Shown here piece after piece: positions 18,003-25,626 of a stretch of DNA of 25,626 nucleotides. Every line of letters starts with the position of its first letter. Position 1 is the stretch's first letter. This DNA is from Nitrospirota bacterium (lineage in GTDB: Bacteria > Nitrospirota > Nitrospiria > Nitrospirales > Nitrospiraceae): assembly GCA_020028195.1 (NCBI GenBank), contig JAHWYE010000001.1:1-25626 (forward strand), in the 5' to 3' direction. The notes beneath the pieces were generated by a model that saw only the letters and a program-made list of their open reading frames with translations, ran no database searches and had not been told where the DNA came from. The position numbers and the translations under genes are program-made.

Positions 18003-18986
18003 CTATCCATCCGCTAATACCTTCAGGATCCGCACTACTGGTTTGTCTCCCGCGGACATCATCCCTAGAGCCAGCAGCCGCCCGAAGGGATCTTTCAGCC
18101 GAACCGGTCGTCCGGAAGCCATGCTCGCCGTCCTCTCGTCCCACTTCAGAACCCCTGGCGGCACTGGGACTCCGTGCAGGACTCGGGCAGACGTCGCCTG
18201 GTCCAGGACCAACGCCGGCAAGCCCTCCAACGCCGCATCAGGCGACATCAGATCCTCGCCCAGTCGGCCGAGCAGGAATCTGGAGCCGATTGCCTCCACG
18301 CTGAGCGCCTGCTCGACGGTCAATGGCCCCACTCGCTTCCGCTCCAACGCCACCAGGTGGCCGCCCACACCCAGTGCCTCCCCGATGTCTGCACAGAGGG
18401 TTCTCACGTAGGTGCCTTTCGAGCACACGACGCGCAGCGACACATCGCGACCGGCGATGCCCAGCACCTCGAGCTCATGGACCAGCACTTCACGAGACCC
18501 GCGCTGAACGGTTCGCCCCGCGCGGGCAACCTTGTACAGAGGAACCCCGCCAATCTTCACGGCGGAATACATCGGTGGCACCTGTGTGAGTTTCCCCTGG
18601 AATCGCTGGATCGTGGCGTGGATGGCTGATTCGGTCAGGCTGTCCGTCGAAGATCGCGTCAACACGGCCCCGGTGGCATCCTGCGTGTCAGTCGTTTCGC
18701 CCAACCGTAGGACTGCATGATACTCCTTGTCCCAGTCCATCAGATACTCGGCAATTCGCGTCCCTCTCCCCACCAGGACCGGTAGAACGCCGGTGGCAGC
18801 CGGATCAAGCGTGCCGGCGTGACCGACCTTAAGGCCCCCAAGGAGTCCGCGCACTTTGGCAACCACATCATGAGAAGTCCACCCGCTGGCCTTATTGACG
18901 TTCAGGATTCCATCACCGAGGGTGCTTGCTGCCGATGCTTTCACAGTCCCTTCGACGGCCACGTGACTTCCTTCAATCATCGGCAT
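18003..18986 (-). CDS. truB: tRNA pseudouridine(55) synthase
   Basis: GWTSHDVV, KVGHAGTLDPAATGVL, QVPPMYSAVK, CSKGTYVRTL. Start probably MPMIEG (18986) or 18980, overlapping the rbfA stop. Confidence 0.97.
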   Translation of the reverse strand: MPMIEGSHVAVEGTVKASAASTLGDGILNVNKASGWTSHDVVAKVRGLLGGLKVGHAGTLDPAATGVLPVLVGRGTRIAEYLMDWDKEYHAVLRLGETTDTQDATGAVLTRSSTDSLTESAIHATIQRFQGKLTQVPPMYSAVKIGGVPLYKVARAGRTVQRGSREVLVHELEVLGIAGRDVSLRVVCSKGTYVRTLCADIGEALGVGGHLVALERKRVGPLTVEQALSVEAIGSRFLLGRLGEDLMSPDAALEGLPALVLDQATSARVLHGVPVPPGVLKWDERTASMASGRPVRLKDPFGRLLALGMMSAGDKPVVRILKVLADG

Positions 18987-19389
18987 GACGTCCGCCCTCA
19001 ACGGAGCTTTCGGTTTCTCTCGGCTGAGCGTTCGGTCCCTTCTCGCCCAGACCTTCGAGAAGCGACAGGACACGGTCCCCTCGAGGCCCGCTTAAGTCTT
19101 TCTGGAACACCAACTCAGGGGTATAGCGGAGACTCAGTCGCCGGCCGAGCTCAGCCCGGATGAACCCGGATGCCTTGGCTAGCCCCTCGAAGACGTCCGA
19201 CTCACCATCATCCTCTAGCAACGTGGTGACATAGATCCTTGCAAACCGAAGATCATTGGTCAGCTCCACATCCGTCACCGTCACGGAACCCACCCGCGGG
19301 TCCTTCGCTTTACGCATGAGGATATCGGCCACTTCCATGCGAATCTGGTCCGCCACGCGCGTGGCCCGCTTGTATGTCGCCTTGGACAT
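18973..19389 (-). CDS. rbfA: 30S ribosome-binding factor A
   Basis: KDPRVG, VTVTDVELTNDLRFARIYV, LRYTPELVF-x-x-D. Start MSKATY (19389) after GAGGGGG. Confidence 0.96.
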   Translation of the reverse strand: MSKATYKRATRVADQIRMEVADILMRKAKDPRVGSVTVTDVELTNDLRFARIYVTTLLEDDGESDVFEGLAKASGFIRAELGRRLSLRYTPELVFQKDLSGPRGDRVLSLLEGLGEKGPNAQPRETESSVEGGRHADD

Positions 19390-19432
19390 GCCCCCTCGCA
19401 AGCGAGCGTCAAACTAGTTTTGCAACAACCGG

Positions 19433-19714
19433 CTAGAGCATTTCGATGCGGAACTGGACCAATTCGATCGTCGGAACGGCCCGAATCACATTGATCGCTT
19501 GGTCCAGCACCTTGTTCACATACGCGCCCTCGTTGGCCACGCACGCCATCCCGAGCACCGCCTTTTGCCAGAGGTCCTGATCGCCCACTTCAGCGATCGA
19601 CACGTTGAACTTGTCGCGCAGGCGATCCTTAAGGCTCAAGAGAACCTGCCGCTTCGCCTTCAGGGAGTGGCCGTCCGGGATATACAGTTCGACCGTGCAA
19701 AGCCCTACGACCAT
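19433..19714 (-). CDS. DUF503 family protein (YlxP-like)
   Basis: HSLKAKRQVL, KFNVSIAEV, DQDLWQKA. Conserved position between infB and rbfA. Confidence 0.92.
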   Translation of the reverse strand: MVVGLCTVELYIPDGHSLKAKRQVLLSLKDRLRDKFNVSIAEVGDQDLWQKAVLGMACVANEGAYVNKVLDQAINVIRAVPTIELVQFRIEML

Positions 19715-19753
19715 ACCTGCAGCCGCGTGGTCGGAACAGCCAGGAGAACCGCC

Positions 19754-22411
19754 TTAGAGCTTAGCCGCCACCTTGTCGAAGACGTACACTTCGAGGACAT
19801 CGCCAATCTTCAGGTCGTTAAAGTTCTCGATGCCGATCCCGCATTCGTATCCCTGCTGGACCTCACGCACGTCGTCCTTAAACCGTCGGAGCGAGCCGAG
19901 CCTGCCTTCATAGACAATCACATGATCTCTGACCACACGGACCCCCGCGCTGGCTCTGGAAATCGTTCCGTCGAGGACGTAGGAACCGGCGATCACGCCG
20001 GCCCTCGGGATGGTGAAAACCTTGCGCACCTCAGCCCGGCCCAGCGCTCGCTCTTTCAGCGTCGGTTCTAACAGGCCTTCCATGGCGGCTTTGATGTCGG
20101 CGATGGCGTCATAGATGATGGTGTAAAGACGAACATCGACGCCTTCGTGCTCCGCCAGCGCCGCGGCCTTCGGCTCTGGTCTGATGTTAAACCCGATGAT
20201 AATCGCTCCGGAGGCTGAAGCCAGCAGCACGTCGGTTTCCGTGATGCCGCCCACTCCGCTGTGGATGACCCGGAGCTTCACGGCGGGGGTGGACAGCTTC
20301 TCGACCGCCTCCGACACCGCTTCAGCCGATCCTTGCACATCAGACTTGATGACAAGGGCAAGTTCTTTGACTTCACCTTCCTTGATCCGTGCATACAGGT
20401 CATCGAGGGTCACGCGCGTCGTGCCAGCAGCCAGTTCGGCGCCGCGGTGCTTACTCAGGCGAGCCTGAGCGATGTCTCGCGCGACGCGTTCATCGTTGAC
20501 CACCACGAACGGTTCGCCGGCGGCAGGTACACCGAGGAGCCCGATCACCTCCACCGGCATTGACGGGCCTGCTTCAGACACCTTCCTCCCCGTATCCGTG
20601 ATCAGGGCTCGCACACGGCCGCTGAAGGTCCCCACGACAAAGGCGTCGCCGACCCGGAGCGTGCCGGTTTGCACAAGAACGGTTGCGACTGGACCGCGGC
20701 CTCGGTCGAGTTTCGCCTCCACGACAGCCCCTTTGGCCAGCCGACGGGAATCCGCCTTTAGCTCCAGCACTTCAGCCTGGAGCAGAATCATCTCCAGTAG
20801 TGAATCAAGGCCCAGTTTCTGCTTAGCCGAAACCTCCACGAAGATTGTTTGTCCACCCCAGGCTTCTGGAATAAGGTTGTGCTCCGCCAGCGAGTGCTTG
20901 ACTCGCTCGGAATTCGCCCCTGGTTTGTCGATCTTATTGATGGCGACGATAATGGGGACGTTGGCCGCGACGGCATGGTTGATCGCCTCCACGGTCTGCG
21001 GCATGACACCGTCGTCCGCTGCGACCACGAGCACGACGATGTCGGTGATCTTGGCGCCTCTGGCCCGCATGGCGGTGAAGGCCTCGTGGCCGGGGGTATC
21101 CAAGAACGTGACCTGCTTGCCGTGGACCTTCACGGTATAGGCGCCGATGTGCTGAGTGATCCCGCCCGCTTCCTGTTCGGTGACCTTGGTCTGCCTGATG
21201 GCATCCAGCAGTGACGTCTTGCCGTGATCGACGTGTCCCATGATGGTGACCACCGGCGACCTGTGCTCGAGCTGTTCTTCCCCGGCCCACTCTGCGGCTT
21301 CTTCCAACAACTCATCGCCCTCTTTCTCAGTCGAGACCTCGGCCTTCAGAGACAGCCCTTCTGCGATCAGCAATGCGGCATCCGGGTTGATCGGCTGGTT
21401 CAGGGTCAGCATCTGCCCGGTCTCCATCAATTTACGGATAATATCGGCTGGGCGCTGGCCGACCAGTTCCGCGAATTCCTTCACGGTGAGTCCGGCGGTG
21501 AGCTTAATCACCTTTTTCCGAGGTTTGGTGATCTCGGCCACAGAAGAGGGTTGGAGGTGGCGAGAACGATCCTCGCGCCGATGCACTGGAATGGCCCGAA
21601 GGTCCTGCCAACGCGCAGCATCCTCCCGGAATTTGATCTCCTCATCATCGCGGGTCCGACCAGGCTTCCTGATCTTCTTGAGCTTGTCCCGAAGCCCGGT
21701 GACCTCTCCTGCGGCAAGCTCGAGCGGGCCGCCCTTCTTTTTATCTGGGCGGCGCTCGTCCGACTCTCTCACCGGCTGAGGAAGCACCGATGGCGCATGA
21801 GGGGCGGGCGCCAGCGGATCAGGTGAACCCTTCGGACCGGCTTCGCGCAGCGGGGACTCCCTCGGTGCAACCGGTCGCTCGACGGAGGGAAAAACAGACG
21901 GAGGCCCGCTGGGCGGAGCTTCCGGGAGAGGAGGAGCGCTGACCAGCGTGTCAGCCGGTGGAGCGATTGAAGCCTGAACGACCTCCTGGGGCGTCAGCTT
22001 GAGCGGTGCAGCGGCAAGTCCTCCTGCTTCGGCTTCCAGTTCCTCTTCAGTCTTTCGTCGTTTGATCAGCATCCGCCGTTTATCTGGTTTCGGCGGTTCC
22101 TCAAGGATAACCGACGCGAGTTTCTGGCTCCCGCTCTTGGAAGTCTCGTGGACGGCGACCGCTGCCTTCTGGGGCTTTGACGTTTTCTTCACCTCGTCCC
22201 GTTTGACCGGCGCGGTTCCGGCCTGTTCTCGCTCGCCTCCCCCTTCGCGCGTCAACTTGGCGCTGGGCGATAGCGTGTCGAGGGCTTTCTGCACAGCCGC
22301 CTCATCCAACGCGCTGCTGTGCGACGCCACGGCAATATCCATTTGCTTGAGCTTGGGGATTAAATCCCGATTCTCCATCCCGAGCTTCTTGGCGAGCTCA
22401 TACACTCTCAT
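19754..22411 (-). CDS. infB: Translation initiation factor IF-2
   Basis: RVYELAK N-domain, [56 protein letters not shown]. Confidence 0.99.
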   Translation of the reverse strand: MRVYELAKKLGMENRDLIPKLKQMDIAVASHSSALDEAAVQKALDTLSPSAKLTREGGGEREQAGTAPVKRDEVKKTSKPQKAAVAVHETSKSGSQKLASVILEEPPKPDKRRMLIKRRKTEEELEAEAGGLAAAPLKLTPQEVVQASIAPPADTLVSAPPLPEAPPSGPPSVFPSVERPVAPRESPLREAGPKGSPDPLAPAPHAPSVLPQPVRESDERRPDKKKGGPLELAAGEVTGLRDKLKKIRKPGRTRDDEEIKFREDAARWQDLRAIPVHRREDRSRHLQPSSVAEITKPRKKVIKLTAGLTVKEFAELVGQRPADIIRKLMETGQMLTLNQPINPDAALLIAEGLSLKAEVSTEKEGDELLEEAAEWAGEEQLEHRSPVVTIMGHVDHGKTSLLDAIRQTKVTEQEAGGITQHIGAYTVKVHGKQVTFLDTPGHEAFTAMRARGAKITDIVVLVVAADDGVMPQTVEAINHAVAANVPIIVAINKIDKPGANSERVKHSLAEHNLIPEAWGGQTIFVEVSAKQKLGLDSLLEMILLQAEVLELKADSRRLAKGAVVEAKLDRGRGPVATVLVQTGTLRVGDAFVVGTFSGRVRALITDTGRKVSEAGPSMPVEVIGLLGVPAAGEPFVVVNDERVARDIAQARLSKHRGAELAAGTTRVTLDDLYARIKEGEVKELALVIKSDVQGSAEAVSEAVEKLSTPAVKLRVIHSGVGGITETDVLLASASGAIIIGFNIRPEPKAAALAEHEGVDVRLYTIIYDAIADIKAAMEGLLEPTLKERALGRAEVRKVFTIPRAGVIAGSYVLDGTISRASAGVRVVRDHVIVYEGRLGSLRRFKDDVREVQQGYECGIGIENFNDLKIGDVLEVYVFDKVAAKL

Positions 22412-22432
22412 GTCACGCTATCCCGCTTCGGC

Positions 22433-23626
22433 TCAGCCGGCAGTCAGTCCGTCAGGTTGTCCTGCCGCTTCATCGCTCGTCAGGTTGGCTTCCACTTCTC
22501 GCTGAGCCTGTGCTGCCTCCTCCTGTTCCCTTTGGGCCTCCGCTTCTTCGGCCAGTGCTGCCTTAATCTCCTTGTCCCGCTCGACTTTCTCCTTCTCGTA
22601 TTCCGTCGCGCTAATAATATCGATCTTCCACCCAGTTAGTTTCGCGGCGAGGCGCACGTTCTGGCCGTTTTTTCCGATCGCAAGCGAGAGCTGCGAATCA
22701 GCCACAACAACCAACGCCGACTTCTTTTCCTCATCGATGCCGACCTTCTCGATACTCGCCGGGTTCAGCGCCTCAGCGATAAAGACTCGTGGATCGGAGG
22801 TCCAGGCGATGATGTCGATCTTTTCTCCCCGTAATTCGCGGACGACAGCCTGCACGCGCGAGCCCTTAATGCCGACGCAGGCTCCAACCGGATCCACGGC
22901 CTTCTCTCGCGAGGCCACCGCGATCTTGGTCCGGTCGCCCGGCTCTCGGACGACGCCCTTGATCTCCACGATCTTTTCAGACACCTCCGGAACTTCCAGC
23001 TCAAACAGCTTGCACACGAATTGAGGATGCGTCCGGGACAGAATCACCTGCACGTCCTTCGGTGTGCGCCGCACCTCGAGCAGGTAGGCCTTCACCCGAT
23101 CCCCTCTCCTGTACGATTCGCGGGGGATCTGCTCCTGCACCGGCAGGATCGCTTCGGTTTTCCCAAGATCGACCAGGTAGTTGCGGCGCTCCTGACCGAG
23201 AATAATCCCGTTGATCAGATCACCTTGGCGCGTGGCATACTCTTTCTGGACCGCTTCCCACTCCGCCTCCCTGACTTTTTGAAAGATCACCTGTTTGGCA
23301 GTCTGCGCCGCAATTCGCCCCAATTCGTCCATTTCGATCACGGAGCCGATTTCGTCACCCACCTCCGCTCCACTATCCACTCGCTGGGCTTCATGAAGTG
23401 AGATTTCCGCCTTGGGATTCGTGACGGACTCCACGATCCGCTTCACCGAGATCACGTTGATCTCGCCCGTTTTCGAATCGATCTCAACCTGGATATTTTC
23501 GCCCTGACCAAATCGCTTTTTGGCCGCCGTCTGCAGAGCCGCTTCCACGGCCCCGATGACCTTGGCTTTATCAATGCCTTTCTCGCGGCCGATTTGGTCA
23601 ATTACCGCAATCAGTTCTCGGTTCAT
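22433..23626 (-). CDS. nusA: Transcription termination/antitermination factor NusA
   Basis: GRIAAQTAKQVI, S1 domain, REPGDRTKIAV, DPVGACVG-x-x-GSRVQ, SLAIGKNGQNVRLA. Start MNREL (23626). Confidence 0.99.
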   Translation of the reverse strand: MNRELIAVIDQIGREKGIDKAKVIGAVEAALQTAAKKRFGQGENIQVEIDSKTGEINVISVKRIVESVTNPKAEISLHEAQRVDSGAEVGDEIGSVIEMDELGRIAAQTAKQVIFQKVREAEWEAVQKEYATRQGDLINGIILGQERRNYLVDLGKTEAILPVQEQIPRESYRRGDRVKAYLLEVRRTPKDVQVILSRTHPQFVCKLFELEVPEVSEKIVEIKGVVREPGDRTKIAVASREKAVDPVGACVGIKGSRVQAVVRELRGEKIDIIAWTSDPRVFIAEALNPASIEKVGIDEEKKSALVVVADSQLSLAIGKNGQNVRLAAKLTGWKIDIISATEYEKEKVERDKEIKAALAEEAEAQREQEEAAQAQREVEANLTSDEAAGQPDGLTAG

Positions 23627-23641
23627 AATCCCCACTTCCTG

Positions 23642-24151
23642 CTATCGTGATCTCACATTGGTCGCATGCCCGGCTCCAAACTCCACTTCGAGCCGCGCTT
23701 CGGCAATCGCTCCCCAATCTAGCCGGACGGTCTGGTCCTGACGCGACTGCGTCACAGCCAGCATCACCCCCGGTTCTTCCACCTCGACGAGCCGCCCCAC
23801 GACACGCCATTGCCCCTCGTGGGGCTGCCTGAGTTTCACGCACACCTGTTTCCCGACCGACCGACGATAATCCTCGCGGCGCTTGAACGGCCGGTCCAGG
23901 CCGGGAGAAGACACCTCCAGCGTATAGGTATGGGGTATCGGGTCCTCGACATCGAGGGCGGTCCCGAGCGACAGATGAACTTGTTCACAATCGTTCAGGC
24001 CGATCCCTCCCGGCTTATCGATAAACACGCGGACCAGCGTCCGAGCCCCTTGCCCGGAAGAGGCTACCTCAACCAATTCGAGCCCCAGCGCCCACACGAT
24101 CGGGGCAGCGATCGCCCTTACACGCTCAGCGATCTGCTGAGGATGCTCCAT
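23642..24151 (-). CDS. rimP: Ribosome maturation factor RimP
   Basis: RVFIDKPGG, DCEQV, YTLEVSSPGLDRP. GAGGTG SD. First gene of the nusA-infB operon. Confidence 0.97.
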   Translation of the reverse strand: MEHPQQIAERVRAIAAPIVWALGLELVEVASSGQGARTLVRVFIDKPGGIGLNDCEQVHLSLGTALDVEDPIPHTYTLEVSSPGLDRPFKRREDYRRSVGKQVCVKLRQPHEGQWRVVGRLVEVEEPGVMLAVTQSRQDQTVRLDWGAIAEARLEVEFGAGHATNVRSR

Positions 24152-24204
24152 ACTCGCACCTCAGGGGGGTCGCTTCCTCGCGGGACCCCTTTCTGCACGG
24201 ACTC

Positions 24205-24232
24205 AAATAAAAAAGTGGGCTTGAGCCCACTT
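24205..24232 (-). terminator. rimP-leader premature terminator (attenuator-like)
   Basis: AAGTGGGC-TCAA-GCCCACTT followed by TTTTATTT, about 55 nt upstream of the rimP ATG and just downstream of a promoter-like element. Confidence 0.8.
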
Positions 24233-24243
24233 CCGGTGCGTGC

Positions 24244-24272
24244 AAAATACCACTTCGTGGCAGCCAAAGCAA
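24244..24272 (-). promoter_or_regulatory. Sigma70 promoter for the rimP-nusA-infB operon
   Basis: TTGCTT (24272-24267), 17 bp spacer, TATTTT (24249-24244), preceded by an extended -10 TGn. Confidence 0.55.
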
Positions 24273-24317
24273 GAGGGCGTCCGGTGCGCCGGGCGGTGAA
24301 GGAGCCGTTCTTGCCAC

Positions 24318-25160
24318 TTACTCCACAGAGCTTCGAAAGCGATGACTCAGCAACCGCGTCAGTTCTCCCAGCCTTCCCGTCCCGACCGTCACACTATCCA
24401 CGCTGATCACGGGCAAGATTTCCACCGTTGTGCCTGTCAGAAAGATCTCATCGGCTCCCCGCAACTCTTCGACGCGAATGGCCCGTTCCTCCACCGGAAT
24501 ACCTTCCTTGCGGGCAAGGTCGAGCACCACCGCGCGGGTGACACCGGAGAGAATCCGCTCATCTGCCGGCGCCGTGACTAGGACACCGGACCGAACCATC
24601 ATCACATTACTGACGGCTCCTTCGATCACCTCGCCTGCCCGCACGAAGATTGCCTCAAAGGCACCGGCTTCTTTGGCCTGCTGACGAGCCATCACGTTGG
24701 GAAGCAGGTTCACGCTCTTGATGTCGCACCGTCCCCATCGGAGATCCTCCACCGTGATGACTGGCACGCCGGTCGCGCACAAGACCGGATCCAGCGAACG
24801 CATCTCCCGTACGGTCATGACGGCTGTCGGAGGAGTCCCAACCGGAAACAGATGATCCCTCGGCGCGACTCCCCGCGTCAGCTGGAGATAGACCTTGCTC
24901 TCGGCGTACCCGGCCAACCGAATGCCCTCAGTCACGTAGCCCAACCACTCTGACGTACGAAATGGCAGCGGCAACCCAATGGCCCCGGCGCTTCGCTCCA
25001 GGCGAGCCAGATGCGCTTCCACCTGAAACGGCACGCCGCGATACGTTCGGATCACCTCGTACACCCCGTCCCCGAATTGGTACCCGCGATCCTCGACTGG
25101 AACCATGGCCTCCGCCAATGGCATGAACCGGCCGTTCAGAAACCCGATGTCCGGCATCAT
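24318..25160 (-). CDS. dat: Class IV PLP aminotransferase, D-amino-acid aminotransferase-like
   Basis: EDRGYQFGDGVYEV, HLARL, YLQLTRG, IKSVNLLPN (PLP lysine), ILSGVTR, EIFLTGT. Start 25160 or 25157. Confidence 0.88.
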   Translation of the reverse strand: MMPDIGFLNGRFMPLAEAMVPVEDRGYQFGDGVYEVIRTYRGVPFQVEAHLARLERSAGAIGLPLPFRTSEWLGYVTEGIRLAGYAESKVYLQLTRGVAPRDHLFPVGTPPTAVMTVREMRSLDPVLCATGVPVITVEDLRWGRCDIKSVNLLPNVMARQQAKEAGAFEAIFVRAGEVIEGAVSNVMMVRSGVLVTAPADERILSGVTRAVVLDLARKEGIPVEERAIRVEELRGADEIFLTGTTVEILPVISVDSVTVGTGRLGELTRLLSHRFRSSVE

Positions 25161-25417
25161 CTCACCTCCGCGCAGCCGGTCTGACCGGCAACCCCGATAC
25201 AGAACACGCGTCGGTCCTCAGCCGTGAATTTCCATCCCATCCGTTTCTCAAACACCAGCCGATGCGTGCCGGGAGCAACCGCTCGGAACTCGAACGTCCG
25301 CCGCCCCGAATCTACCGCATTGCCGTCGGTCGTTCGAAGATAATCGTCGCTGACCAGCACGAGCGACGTGTGATCGTACGACGGGACCCAGAGTTCCCCC
25401 CGCGTACGATCTTCCCA
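25157..25417 (-). pseudogene. 5'-truncated protease inhibitor I42 (chagasin)-like gene
   Basis: The frame of ORF 25157-25360 stays open upstream: WEDRTRGELWVPSYDHTSLVLVSDDYLR...GRRTFEFRAVAPGTHRLVFEKRMGW...F-x-I-x-V, matching the I42 pattern W...Y...G..TF.F.A..PG...L.F...R.GW. In-frame stop at 25433-25435 with no start codon in between. Confidence 0.55.
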
Positions 25418-25626
25418 TCGCGCTGGGGGTTGTCATCCTCGCTGGCTATCTCCCCCAGGATTCAATTGAAAACTCGCTGGTCATCGGTGAACTCTCGCTC
25501 GACGGAGTCCTGCGCCACACGCGCGGGATTTTGCCAATGGCGGCCACCGCCCGCGCCAATGGCTACAAGCGCATGTTCGTCCCCGATGTGGATGCGCCCG
25601 AAGCGGCGCTGATCCCCGACCTCGAG
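25399..25626 (+). pseudogene. comM: Internal fragment of a YifB/ComM Mg-chelatase-like AAA ATPase (no 5' end; runs off window)
   Basis: Manual translation: PAYDLPIALGVVILAGYLPQDSIENSLVIGELSLDGVLRHTRGILPMAATARANGYKRMFVPDVDAPEAALIPDLE (DLPIALG and GELSLDG motifs). In-frame TGA at 25351-25353 with no ATG/GTG/TTG before 25399. Absent from the ORF track. Confidence 0.85.

Noticed and set aside
17961-22432. Absence of ylxR, a DHH phosphoesterase and ribF from the nusA-infB-rbfA-truB-rpsO cluster
   Set aside because: These accessory genes vary widely among phyla, and there are no remnants or scars in the short spacers.
1-25626. CRISPR arrays, tRNA/rRNA genes, IS elements, programmed frameshifts
   Set aside because: No regularly spaced repeats, cloverleaf or transposase motifs were seen. 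All core genes are intact in single frames.

Overview
Mostly a bacterial housekeeping region, GC-rich and probably Nitrospirota/Nitrospiraceae (inferred from gene order and protein style; no search run). Left, minus strand: an alaC-hom-thrC-apgM-like-lysC aspartate/threonine operon. Divergent from it, plus strand: pdxJ-acpS-nnr-tsaE-HIT-lapA-like-mutS. Right, minus strand: the rimP-nusA-infB-DUF503-rbfA-truB-rpsO-pnp-M16 peptidase superoperon, preceded by a D-amino-acid aminotransferase-like gene. No tRNA, rRNA, CRISPR array or mobile element is visible. The non-routine items are: (1) a self-contained unit of two unknown secreted proteins that look like divergent paralogs, with its own promoter, a ~190-nt structured leader with a possible uORF, and a strong terminator; (2) an ApgM/proposed-homoserine-kinase homolog that has lost most metal ligands; (3) a ~150-nt hairpin between rpsO and pnp; (4) a rimP leader attenuator; (5) a junction at the right end where two 5'-truncated genes (I42/chagasin-like and yifB/comM) abut on opposite strands, most likely an assembly chimera. 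No clearly complete new biological system can be demonstrated from sequence alone. The secreted pair is the best candidate.
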